Shown here one piece after another: positions 38,270 through 49,242 of a stretch of 64,000 nt of DNA. Each line of letters starts with the position of its first letter. Within the stretch, counting starts at the first letter, position 1. Made by a program: the position numbers and the translations under genes. Below the pieces are notes generated by a model. That model worked only from the letters and a program-made list of their open reading frames with translations, did not search any database and had not been told where the DNA came from. Source of the stretch: Carcharhinus longimanus (taxonomy: Eukaryota); NCBI GenBank assembly GCA_030264375.1, contig JASCQW010000109.1, forward strand, positions 69,601,110 through 69,665,109, written 5' to 3'.

Positions 38270-38935
38270 TGATAGCACACTGGTTGGTTGGGGTTGGCAG
38301 AGAATGGGGATAAAGCGGTCTTTTCCAGAATAGCAGCCTGTGACTGTGGTGTCCCTCAGGGGTCAGTGCTGGGACCACAACATTTCACGATATAGATTAC
38401 CGATTTGGAGGAAGAAACTGAAGGCACTGTTGCTAAGTTTGCAGATGATACAAAGATATGTAGCGGGACAGGTAGTATTGAGATAGCAGGGGAGCTGCAG
38501 AAAGACTTGGACAGGTTCGGAGAGTAGCCAAAGAAGTGGCAGATAGAATACAATTTGGAAAAGTGGGAGGTTTTGCGGTTTGGAAGGAGAAATGGAGGGA
38601 GAGTGGGAAGATGCTTAGGAAATCAGAAACACAAAGAGACTTGAAAGTCATTGTTCAAGATTCTCTTGAGGTTAACGTGCAGGTTCAGTCGACAGTTAGA
38701 AGGCAAATGCAATGTTAGCATTCATGTCGAGAGGGCTAGAAAACAGAAGCAGCGATGTACTTCTGAGGCTGTATAAAGCTCTAGTCTGACCCCTTTTGGA
38801 GTATTCTGAGCAGCTTTGGGCCTCATGTCTAAGAAAGGATGTGGTGGCCTTGGAGGGGGTCCAGAGGATGTTCATAAGATTGATCCCAGGAATGAAGGGT
38901 TTGTTGTATGAGGACTCTGGGTCTTTACTCGTTGG
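38270..38935 (+). mobile_element. CR1 LINE RT fragment
   Basis: gtccctcaggggtcagtgctgggacca (VPQGSVLGP) and tttgcagatgatacaaag (FADDTK). Confidence 0.85.
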
Positions 38936-39469
38936 CTTTGACCAGTCTACAAGTGAGCTAGGAAGTGGAATGTAATGCTCATGGAGCATGTTGCACATTA
39001 TCCAGATGGAATGAGAAATCAGTGTCCAAAGTTCGGTACTGACTATTTCTCAAGGAGATTGCTCTGATCTCCACTGTATATCATGTTTATGAATTCCATG
39101 GCTAAGCTCTAATAATGTTATAATGTTTCAGTGGCAACGTATGCGTAATGTAGTGAGTTGAAAGAAATTTAACTAGTTTCAGCCCAACTTGCACCAAATC
39201 AAAAATTCGGCTGTAGTATGCAAGATATGAAACAAATAAGAATGCAATATAGTAACACAGTGACACTGTGCGCACCATGAAAACACACATACTTTATACA
39301 CAGCAAGAAAAAAAAACTTAAATGCTGGAATGATCGCTGATCACCAAAGGAAGGCATCTAAACAGCATCAAGAGTGAAGAAGGGGACAAAGCGAAAGTTC
39401 ATTGTATAATGCATTGGTGTTCAACTCATAGCAAATTAAGTTGTACAATGTTATTGTCTAAGTAACATG

Positions 39470-39740
39470 TATTTATTAGTCATAGGTTAGGCTTACATTA
39501 CACTGCAATGAAGTTGCTGTGAAATTCCCCTTGTCGCCACACTCCAGCGTCAGTTCGGGTAAATGCAGCTAACCAGAACATCTTTCGAATTGTGGGAGGA
39601 AACTGGAGCACCCAGAGGAAACCCACACAGACATGGGGAGAACGTGCAAACTTCACAAAGACAGTGACCCAAGCTGGGAATTAATCCCACAACCCTGGCA
39701 TTGTGAGGCATGAGCGCTAATCACTGTGTCACCCTACCAC
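39470..39740 (-). mobile_element. tRNA-headed SINE with an alternative 3' tail
   Basis: Head and core as in the HE1-type copies, but tail aggcttacattacactgcaatgaagttgctgtgaaattcc; same tail on + at ~48010-48140. Confidence 0.7.
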
Positions 39741-40219
39741 CTGGGCTGTAGCTTACACTCTTGACCAAACTTTCTCAAAACATATCATGCAAGTTTTAAA
39801 AGATTAGAACACAGAGGTGCTTTCACAATTTAGCGTATGCGTGTTGCAGAAAAGACAAATGATTTGAAGCAAAGTGACACATTTACAAAGCATCTGGGTG
39901 GATATCCGTTTGGAAGTGAAGCAGATCATTACTTAAATACTAATAATATTGATTCGTTACTTCCATTCAAGGAGTAGGTAGTAATTACCTAGGAGTAGGT
40001 AGTAATTGCCCTCAAATATGCATTCACAGTGGTGGATGTTGAAATCCTGATCGAATAATCGTCAATGGACTATAAATGGAACAGAACTGATGGACCAAAC
40101 ATTAATGCCTAATTTAAAAAAAGCATAAGTTATTTGTACGATGTTCAGTGCATTTTTATCTCGGGATAGCTTTCATAGCATAAATAAATGCCCACAATAG
40201 TGAAATAAAAGCTTAATTC

Positions 40220-40420
40220 AATTTTTAACTGTGCAACAATAAATAGAAATATTTTGTTCTGGTTTTATACATCCTAGCTTTAAGAAATCAGGACTTTCTG
40301 GTTGGCTCAGTTTTAGCTTGCCCTTGTTCACCAATCAGAAGCTGAGATGTGAATGGGGATCCGGACTGCCCCCTTCACAAACCAGACACCATCACGTCCG
40401 ATCAGACGCAGTGTAAAATG
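40220..40420 (+). promoter_or_regulatory. Promoter cassette of V5
   Basis: TTTTTAACTGTGCAAC, GCTTTAAG 40277, GTTGG 40301, CCAAT 40331, GATC 40358 CGGACTGCCCCCT. Confidence 0.8.
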
Positions 40421-40633
40421 GAGCAGCGAGCAGCTAGGGAGGACCCGTGCGCGAATCCATTTACAATTCAAGAAATGAAGATTAAAAGTGATTAAGCCGA
40501 GAGAATTGCAAATCGTGCAAGTATGTTAAATAACGNNNNNNNNNNNNNNNNNNNNNNNNNNNNNNNNNNNNNNNNNNNNNNNNNNNNNCGAAAGGCGTCG
40601 GACTAAAAAATATTGGAATGCTTTATGCTGGAA

Positions 40634-43223
40634 ATGAGATATAAAATATATTGGTTGCTAAAATGTCAACTGCTATATTGCGTATTCTCCTCGTGGAATC
40701 TAGTTTCTGCGCAGATTCGTTATTCGATTCCTGAAGAATTGCAACTGGGCGCCTTTGTTGGGAATATCGCAGATGATTTGGGTTTAGATATAAAGCAGCT
40801 CTCCGCTCGTCGTTTGCAGATTGCGTCTGGGCCGGGGAAACAATATGTGGACGTACATTTGAACAATGGCATTTTATTTGTCAAGGAAAGGATTGACAGA
40901 GAACCGCTTTGTGGACCCACCCAGATTTGTGTGTTATCCTTGGATGTCATGCTTGAAAATCCCATCAATCTATACCAGGTTGATGTGGAGATTCTCGATG
41001 TTAATGACAATGCTCCCCGTTTTGCAAATAGACAATTCCGCTTGGAAATCTCAGAGCTTTCTTCACCGGGAACGCGCTTTCCCCTCGAGTCTGCGCACGA
41101 TCCGGACATTGGGACAAATTCCTTGCAAACCTATGAGCTCCTTCCGAACGGTCATTTTATTCTCGATATACAAACGCGCAGCGGAAAAGGAAAATTACCA
41201 GTATTGGTGTTGGAAAGGTCCTTGGATCGAGAAACAGAGTCAACTTACATTTTAACTCTAATAGCCAAAGATGGCGGGACCCCCATTAGGTCAGATACAG
41301 TTAATGTTACAATCATAGTAAAGGATGCAAATGACAATGCCCCTGTTTTTTCTCAGTCAGTTTATAGAGCGAGACTGTTGGAAACCGCACCCAGAGGAAC
41401 CCTGATAATCACATTAAATGCCACTGACTTGGACGATGGTCCCAATGGAGACATAGTTTACTCTTTCAGCAGTCATAGTTCCGCTAGAGTTCGAGAGCTG
41501 TTCGGTGTGGATCCCAAAACCGGTCAGATTAGAGTGAAAGGCAATTTGGACTATGAGGAAAGCAGTGACTTTGAGATTAACATACAAGCAATGGACAAGG
41601 GTCCGTACGCAATGTCCGGACATTGTGACGTTGTGGTGGATATTATTGATGTGAATGATAACGCGCCTGAGGTGACTGTGAGGACTTTGTCCAGCACAGT
41701 TTCAGAAGATGCTCCACTTGGAACAGTGGTCGCTTTGTTCAGTGCAGCAGATAAAGATTCGGGGCAAAATGGGCAGGTGCAATGTCAAATTTCAAATCAG
41801 CTGCCCTTTAAACTAGATTCTTCCATGAAGAACTATTACAGACTGCTTCTTCAGCACCGACTGGATCGGGAAGGTAGCCCCAGGTATGACGTCACTATAA
41901 CATGCACGGATGGAGGAAATCCCCCTCTGGCATCCAAAAAAACCATTCGGGTAGAGGTTTCAGATATAAATGACAATGCCCCACGGTTTACCCAGACTGT
42001 GTACACAGCAAACGTGAAGGAGAATAATGCTATTGGGGCGTCCATATTCTCCGTCTCAGCCTTTGATCCAGATGTAGGACAAAACGCTCGTCTAAAATAT
42101 ACTGTACTGGAGACTCTAGTTCAGAATTCTTCAGTTTCCACTTCCGTTTCAATTAACTCGGAGACTGGGGTCATTATCGCTCAGAAATCTTTTGACTACG
42201 AACAATTGAAAAACTTTCAGGTCCAAGTTCAGGTCATGGACTCTGGGACCCCACCACTCGCCAGTAATATCTCAGTGAATGTTATTATCCTTNNNNNNNN
42301 NNNNNNNNNNNNNNNNNNNNNNNNNNNNNNNNNNNNNNNNNNNNNNNNNNNNNNNNNNNNNNNNNNNNNNNNNNNNNNNNNNNNNNNNNNNNTCAGTGAA
42401 TGTTATTATCCTTGATCAGAATGACAATGTTCCAGTGATCGTGCACCCATTAGCCGAGTATGGCTCAACGGTAACAGAGACAATATCCAGGTTTGCAGAA
42501 CCAGGCTACTTGGCTGCTAAGGTATCGGCCACTGATGCTGACGCCGGGGAGAATGCTCGCCTTTCTTATTCCATTTTTCAGGCTACCCAGCATAACCTCT
42601 TCACCATTTCACCAGACAATGGGGAGATTTGGACTGTCCGTCGCATTGAGAATAAAGATGCCTCTAAGCAAAGGTTGGTGATTATGGTAAAAGACAATGG
42701 AACACCATCACTTTCTGCCACAGTGACCATCATCTTATCTGTGGTAGGTAGTGATGCTGAATTGTTATCTGATGTGAGCAGTTTATCAGAACGCCCTGTT
42801 TTCACACCTGATCTGAGCCTGTCCTTAGTATTAACTTTAGGAATAATTTCAGCCATTTTTCTGGTAATTATGATTATTCTCGCTGTTAAAGTCCACCGAA
42901 ACAGAAATGGTTTGGGTACGCCATGCTGTTCCCTCGGCACCTGTTGCTGCTTTGAAACAAGACATTCTCTGAATGGAATTCAAAAGGCCAGTAGAAATCT
43001 TCAGATACCACCCAACTATGTCGAAGTATTCGGAGGTGATCCACTTTCCCAGAGTTTCCGCTACGAGTCATGTTCAACGTTGCAGTCAACAAAGAGAGAC
43101 TTCCTAACGGCAAACGCATGTGGGCTTTCTACAGCCAAGTACGCGCTACAGAATGCACCTATTGAGAAAGACAAGGCAGGGTTGACGAACTCTGAAAATT
43201 ACAACAACTTCACAAGTAATGAG
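40634..43223 (+). CDS. Clustered protocadherin variable exon V5, split by an assembly gap
   Basis: ORFs 40613-42415 and 42279-43385 join across the 100-N gap (42293-42392), which is flanked by a 21-bp duplicate. Removing gap and duplicate gives 823 continuous codons. Alternative in-frame ATG at 40625; donor GAG|GTGAGG after 43223. Confidence 0.88.
42293..42392. other. Assembly gap with 21-bp overlap inside V5
   Basis: TCAGTGAATGTTATTATCCTT at 42272-42292 and again at 42393-42413. Confidence 0.9.
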
Positions 43224-43849
43224 GTGAGGCGCTCGCAACTAAACAAAGAGTCTCGCATGTTTGATTTGGATGCACAAATGTCTGAGGGAAACATTTATAA
43301 TCGGGATGGAAGCAATACCCTGACTTTAAAATCATCTGTTGTCTATATTACATCCTGTCACCCCCATTCCCACCCCATTATTTAGGTGTGTAATGATATC
43401 TCCAACAATCAGATAATGCTCCCTTCTACTTGAGGGTAATCAACTGGATTCAACAAGTGTCCACGAAGGCCGTCATATCTTAGACACCCACTGGATTTTA
43501 TTTAAATGCATAAACGGTGTGGACGTTATCCCACACTTGTCAAATATTTCCATTTTAATGAACTGGTGAGAAATTCATAGATTATATGTAACCATGGAAG
43601 CACAGACTACATTTGTTTTTGTAATGGTACCTGGAGTTCCAGACAGATTTGCGTAAATAAACTCTTCCCTTGCTGAACGTGTTCTCAGCTCGAATTATAG
43701 AAAACAGTCGATTTCTTTATTTCAGATCATTTGAAAATGAACATGTTGCCCTGTAGCATTGGGCTACATACAATTTTCAATATAACAGATCCATTCGAGT
43801 ATAAAATGATTCAGCATCCTCAGGGTTTCAGCGGTCTTTTCTGATTTGT

Positions 43850-44430
43850 ACTAGCTAATTAGGGACCAAAGTGTGGTGAAACATAACTGATCTATTAACG
43901 TAATACTTTACAACAATCTTTTCCAAGGAATATGATGTTAAGCACGTCATGGTGAATAGGAGGTAATTCAGACACTGAATTTGTTAAAATTAATAAAGCT
44001 AAGGTTTTGGTTAGGCTGTCTGTAGTTATGTTTGATAAGACAACGGGACCAGATGAGGTCGATCCAAATGTACTGAGCGAAATGAGAATAGAAATGGTAC
44101 AATTTGTAATTTTCGCGTATTTCGCAGATTCAGAGATGGTGCCAGTGTACTGGAGAATTGCAAATATTTCACCCTTGTTCAAGAAACGATTTGGAAATAA
44201 ATCTATTAATTGCAGCCAACCACTTTAACCTTGGTGGTGGGAAAGGTTCTGAAAACTAGAGTTTGATACTATATTAATTGTCACTTTGGAAAATGCGGAT
44301 TTATTAAGAAAAGCCAGCAAATATGTTTAAGGGCAAATTGTGTTTAATTAATTTCTAGAGACTTTTGGTGAAGTAACAGAAAGGTTGATGAGGTTAATGT
44401 TCCCGGTGTGATATACATGGATCGCCAGAA
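43850..44430 (+). mobile_element. Degenerate CR1 ORF2 fragment
   Basis: DKTTGPDEVDPNVLSE..VPVYWRIANISPLFKK motif. Confidence 0.75.
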
Positions 44431-45179
44431 GATTACAGGAGACTATCGAAAAATGGGGCAGATATGTATGGTCTTCCAGCGACATAAATGAACACAAGAG
44501 TGTAGGGGCTGTTCGAATGCAGTATGTGGCCGGTCCACCTATTTTTCAATTGTACTCGAGCTGTGTCAAATTATGCAGGAGGGAGTTATACCGTTGTGGG
44601 GTGGGGGAGGGCACTTAAATGCCTCATTGCCTCATCACTTCCAAATCACAATTTTACCCATAGCATGGAGAGGGCCACTGGGTAGCCCAACATCTTCAGC
44701 TGTAAAGCTTGTTGCCACGCCAGGGGTGTGTACCAACTTTGGGGCTTCCTGTGTCTATTGGTGGCACCACCAAAGTCATACTCCGCCAGAAACCGTACTC
44801 CCTTTGGCATTACGAATCATACATTTCACTGCCCTCGGTGGAGTCTGCCAACAAGGCCCTATCGATGCAGTAAACTTACCATGAAGGCAATCTCCATCAG
44901 CTCCTCTTCTTGGGGTTTTGACTGCAGTCCTTGCAGTGGCCACCACTTGACCATGACGCTGCTAATACTGCAGAACCTCAGGCCACCCGATTGGTCTTCC
45001 AATCTCTCCAGTAGGATTTCCAAACAGATAGTTGAAGAAGTCTCACCCTGCGCCAATTGACACCCTGTCAAACGTTAAATTAGTTTGGCGGCTGGGGAAC
45101 TGTGGTATTGCATCCAGTTGTGAGTACTACATTTTATGAAATCAATTAAGGATCAGGGAGTGCAGAAAAGATGCATACG

Positions 45180-45600
45180 AATTTCGAAGATAGATTAGAG
45201 AAGTTGTGACTGCTTTCCATGGCAAAGTTTGAGAGGCCGTTTGTTCCAGATATGCAGGCTCACAACAGGCTGGACATAAAAAATTAGGGAAAACAGTTCC
45301 CATTGCTGGAAGTATTGTGAAAAAGAAGATACATATTGAAAATAATTAGAAAAAGAAGCAATGATGACATGAGAAAAAGCATTCATACAGAAGTGGTTTT
45401 GATTGGAATGCATTGTCTGAGAGTGTGGTGGAAGTAGGTTTAATTGTGGTATTCAAAAGAGAATTGGATTGTGATTTGTAAAAGGAGAAGGTTATAGGAC
45501 TATGAGGCGAAGGTCGTGAACTGGCAATAGAAAAATGGCTCTAATGGAGAGCTAGTGCAAATACGAAGTGCAGAATGGCCTCCTTTTGTGCTGTAAAAAT
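45180..45600 (+). mobile_element. Degenerate CR1 3' end
   Basis: ggaatgcattgtctgagagtgtggtggaagtagg..attcaaaagagaattggat..gaatggcctccttttgtgctgtaa. Confidence 0.65.
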
Positions 45601-46109
45601 TTGGGGATTCTGATATTTAGAAGATAGTGAGTGGAGCTCACTGAATTGCGTGAACACATGGTAAAAGACCTGATTACTTCTGAAGAGAGTGTGTACCAGA
45701 ATGTAACTCCATTGCCATCTAAATACATGCTCGGTCCCTGAAAGGAAGAAATTAATCTAATTTCACGAATTGGAGTACAACCCCTGCCTAAGGATAAAAA
45801 AGCACTACTGCAGCAGGCTAAACGTCTCTTCAAGATTTTAATTTTATTCGCCGTATATTGACACTTAGTCAACGCTTGCAAAACAAATATGCTATGGCTG
45901 ATTGAAACAAGGCATTGTTGGTTTATTTCAATGGCTACAACATTAAATATTTCAATACGATTCCTACATACTTTAATGCTATTCAATGCTCTATAAAGCA
46001 GTTGAATTCTAAGCAACTTGCAGACTAAAGACAATTATTTCAGTCCTGATACTCAAAAAACGAACGTGGTACTTTGGTAATAGCACATTAGTAGGTCTAC
46101 CGACTAAAG

Positions 46110-46770
46110 TGGGAAAACCATTCAGAAATAAAACAGGCAATGCAGGAAGCAACCAACATATCAGCAGCATCAATGGATAGGAATGCAACAGGTCTTGAGC
46201 AAGTGAAATTACGGGTCAGGGACAAGAACAATGAAGATCTGTGATAGGGTGGAAGGCAGGAGAGACTAAATCATCACATTTTACATGGTATAAAAGACAA
46301 AGTGCGTGCTAATCAGTATAATAAGCAATAAAAGGATGCATCCAAATTAGTTGTGGAGGCTTGCTTGTCAACCATCGAATGAAAAGTGAAGGAATAAAGA
46401 AAGACAGGAGACAAAACTGAACCTCCAAAGAAAAACAACAAGCAACAAAATGGAGGCAAAGGCTATGATCTCAGTTGTTGAATTCAATGTTGACACCAAA
46501 ACATTGTCGGGTGCCCCGTTGAATAATGATGTGCTGCTCCTTTTGGTGGATAGGTCTTCATTGTGACATTGCAGCAAGCCAAAGTTCAAACTGAGATTGG
46601 TGGAGAATTTTAATGATAAGAAACGGGGAGCTCAGAGCCATACTTGCATACTGAACAGAGGTGGCCAACAAACTGGTCCCCCAGCCTGGAAGTCTCCCAG
46701 TGCAGAGGAGATCACAGAATGAAATGCAAATACCGATTATTAAGTTGAAAGAAAAGTAAACCGCTGTTTC
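46110..46770 (-). mobile_element. Penelope-like element fragment (GIY-YIG region plus 3' terminal repeat)
   Basis: Minus strand gives frameshifted G(E)T..LGDQFVGHLCSV..ELPV..H..S..GLLQCHNE..KEQHII..NIEFNN, the PLE endonuclease end. Confidence 0.7.
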
Positions 46771-46812
46771 TCTTATAAAAGCAATTAATCTATCTCTATT
46801 ACCACTGCCTTT

Positions 46813-46909
46813 GGTTTTAGTAACATGAACTTGTATTTTTTAATCTTTAATTTTAATTATTTAATTAAATTATAGAATTTAAATAATAAAAGTTCATGTT
46901 ACTAAAACC
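46813..46909. repeat. 97-bp AT-rich palindrome with perfect 20-bp outer arms
   Basis: GGTTTTAGTAACATGAACTT (46813-46832) and AAGTTCATGTTACTAAAACC (46890-46909). Confidence 0.85.
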
Positions 46910-46914
46910 CCGTC

Positions 46915-47175
46915 ACAGGTTTTCCCTCCCCTTGCACACCATTTCCATTCCTTCACCCCCAGTTCCCAAGCCCGCACCCCTAACTCCATCGCTCCTTCTT
47001 CAGTTGCACGAGTTACTCAAAAACTATAACATTTCCACAGTTCCTCAGTTCTGATGAAAGTAATTGGCATGAACATTCACCTGGTTTCTGTCCACAGGTC
47101 TGGCTTCCTGAGTATCTCCTAGGTTTTCCAATCTTATTGCAGATTTTCTGCAACTTCGGTATTTTATTTTGCTAC
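46915..47175 (+). mobile_element. Penelope-like terminal repeat, inverted relative to 46110-46770
   Basis: C/T-rich tract, then cagttCTGATGAaag.. and tgtccacagg..ctgagtatctc tail as in related copies. Confidence 0.5.
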
Positions 47176-47369
47176 AGCGATTCAGAATCTTTGCCGGATA
47201 TAACAAATGACTGTTGGAAGGAATAATTCTTTTAAGAATATAATGAATAAGAATATAACGAATATAATGAAATTATTTGAGAGACAACTAAGCCACAATA
47301 TATGAATAAATGTAGATTTTTGATGATGCCATTGGATTTACATGGTTCTCTAAAGTTCGTAGAACAGGT

Positions 47370-47715
47370 GAAATTCAGGGAATGTGAGCACCGCTGGCTG
47401 TATCAGTATACATTACCCATCGCTGATTGCCCTTGTGTGCCTCGGCCATTTTTGTTTCAGTCATATTGTTGTGGGTCTGGAATCACACATCGACCACATC
47501 AGGTTACGATGGCAGATTTCCTTTCCTAAAGGATATTAATGAACCAGATGGGTTTTGACGACAATCAACAATGATTTCTTGGTTATCATTAGACTTTTAC
47601 ATCCAGATTTTTATTGCACTCAGATTTCACCATCTGCCAGGGTGGGATTCGAACCTGATCATCATTATTCTGGGACTCCAAATTAGTCCAATGAAAATGC
47701 CACCGCACCACTGCA
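47370..47715 (-). mobile_element. SINE-like repeat (family of 2115-2410)
   Basis: ggcagatttcctttcctaaaggatattaatgaaccagatggg..ggtgggattcgaacc (B box, reverse). Confidence 0.65.
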
Positions 47716-48830
47716 TTCCATGAATCCAGTGACCCGAAGTAGGTGGATAGCAAGATAAACTGAATGTGATTATTTCCAGGGAGGATAATATTAAAAATGA
47801 AATTGAAGTGTGAAGCATACAGGATCAGTTACAATAACAGTGCCCCTGTTTCAAACAAAAATAGATGTCCAAAGGTTAAGCTGAAAGAGAGCAAATTGAA
47901 ATGGTACTCAAGAGTGTGCATACTGTAGAAGTGTTAAGTCATGAAAAATGTAACAATCAGACAAATCGACAAAGGAGAAGTTAAGTTTCTAGTTCTACTG
48001 GCATGATTTTGAAAGATGTGCTGGTTAGGTGCATTGACCCGAACAGGTGCCGGAGTGTGGTGACTAGTGGAATTTCACAGTAACGTCATTGCAGTGTTAA
48101 TGTAAGCCTACTTGTGACTTATAGATAAACTTTAACTTTAATGATTCAAATGAGCTTTCCCTTTCTCGGGTGTGGCCAACAGTTCTGAGCCCATCATCTC
48201 AAAAATAAAGTAACTGCATCATTAACAGGCTGACAGATCCGTATTCTGAATGTACATCTTTGGAAACTGCACTTAACATTTTCAGAACTGAACTTGCTTT
48301 CAGTTTCAAAAAGATGGAGGCATACGTAAAACTAAGTACTTAAGTGTAGTAGTTTTAAATAAATTTAAAGACAAGATGCTACTTAGAGTGAGTCTGATGA
48401 TATGGGTTACGATCATAAAATTTGTCATTTTCGAGTAAAATTAGAGATTGAACTGTAAGTTTTTCAATCGCCTGGTCAAGAGTAAAGACTAATTTTCGAA
48501 GGGACTTAATAAATATCGTATGGATAAGAGGTGGGGCATATATACATCATAAAAGTAACCATTTGTTCTTTTTCCACCGGGAAAATGCTTTAATATTGTT
48601 TCAGTTTTACTCGACGGCAGTGATTAGAAAATCAGGGTTGAATATTTGTCCTGTGTTTATGCAGGGAATGATGGAGCGAATGAACTCAGCTGACACCTGA
48701 TATTCTTGAAGTTAATTGCCATTATCGCACATTCTATAAAGCTGATTTTTAACATGTTAATTATACTCTTGCTGTACAGAAATATTTTCACAACAGGCAG
48801 ATATAACACGCTGAAGGAAAAGGTTAAATC

Positions 48831-49030
48831 ACTTTTTGATTGTGCAACGATAATTATATTGCCGGTTTGAAGCATTGCAGCTTTAAGAAACAGAGAGCAT
48901 TCTGATTCGTTGAATTTCACATTGCCTGTGTTCACCAATCAGAAGCTGATATGTGATTGGGGATCCGGACTGCCCCCTTCATAAACCAGACACCATCACG
49001 TACGACCAGACGCAGTGTAAAATGGAATAA
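48831..49030 (+). promoter_or_regulatory. Promoter cassette of V6
   Basis: TTTTTGATTGTGCAAC, GCTTTAAG 48880, ATTCG 48905, CCAAT 48935, GATC 48962; near-identical to V5 from the CCAAT box onward. Confidence 0.8.
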
Positions 49031-49242
49031 CGAGCAGCTCGGGAGGATTTGTGCAAGAATCCATTGGCAATTTTAGGCAGAATGCGAAGATTTAAATGAA
49101 GTCAGAGAGTGATTCGCAAAGCGGACAGGTATTTTTCGCATCGCAGATCCTCGGATTTGAAAAGGAACTCCCCAAAACACTGTTGAAAGGATATGAACAG
49201 TATAGTAGCGTACTGAGAAAATTGGGATGTTTTATGCTGGAA

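Noticed and set aside
39970-40010. 21-bp tandem duplicate AGGAGTAGGTAGTAATT(A/G)CC upstream of the V5 promoter
   Set aside because: Two copies only and absent from other promoters; an ordinary local duplication, not an array.
40720-41109. Recurrent antisense and alternate-frame ORFs inside variable exons (also 58720-59118, 8168-8560, 42578-42940)
   Set aside because: Shadows of conserved cadherin codons. They recur because the sense exons are paralogous.
41264-41278. GCCAAAGATGGCGGG in EC2 as a possible exonic CTCF site like the mammalian alpha eCBS
   Set aside because: Imperfect match, explained by the AKDGG protein motif, and weaker in the other exons. Needs ChIP evidence.
49096-49242. 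49-residue in-frame extension of V6 from an ATG at 49096
   Set aside because: Not conserved in paralogs and it would displace the signal peptide. Cannot be excluded without TSS data.
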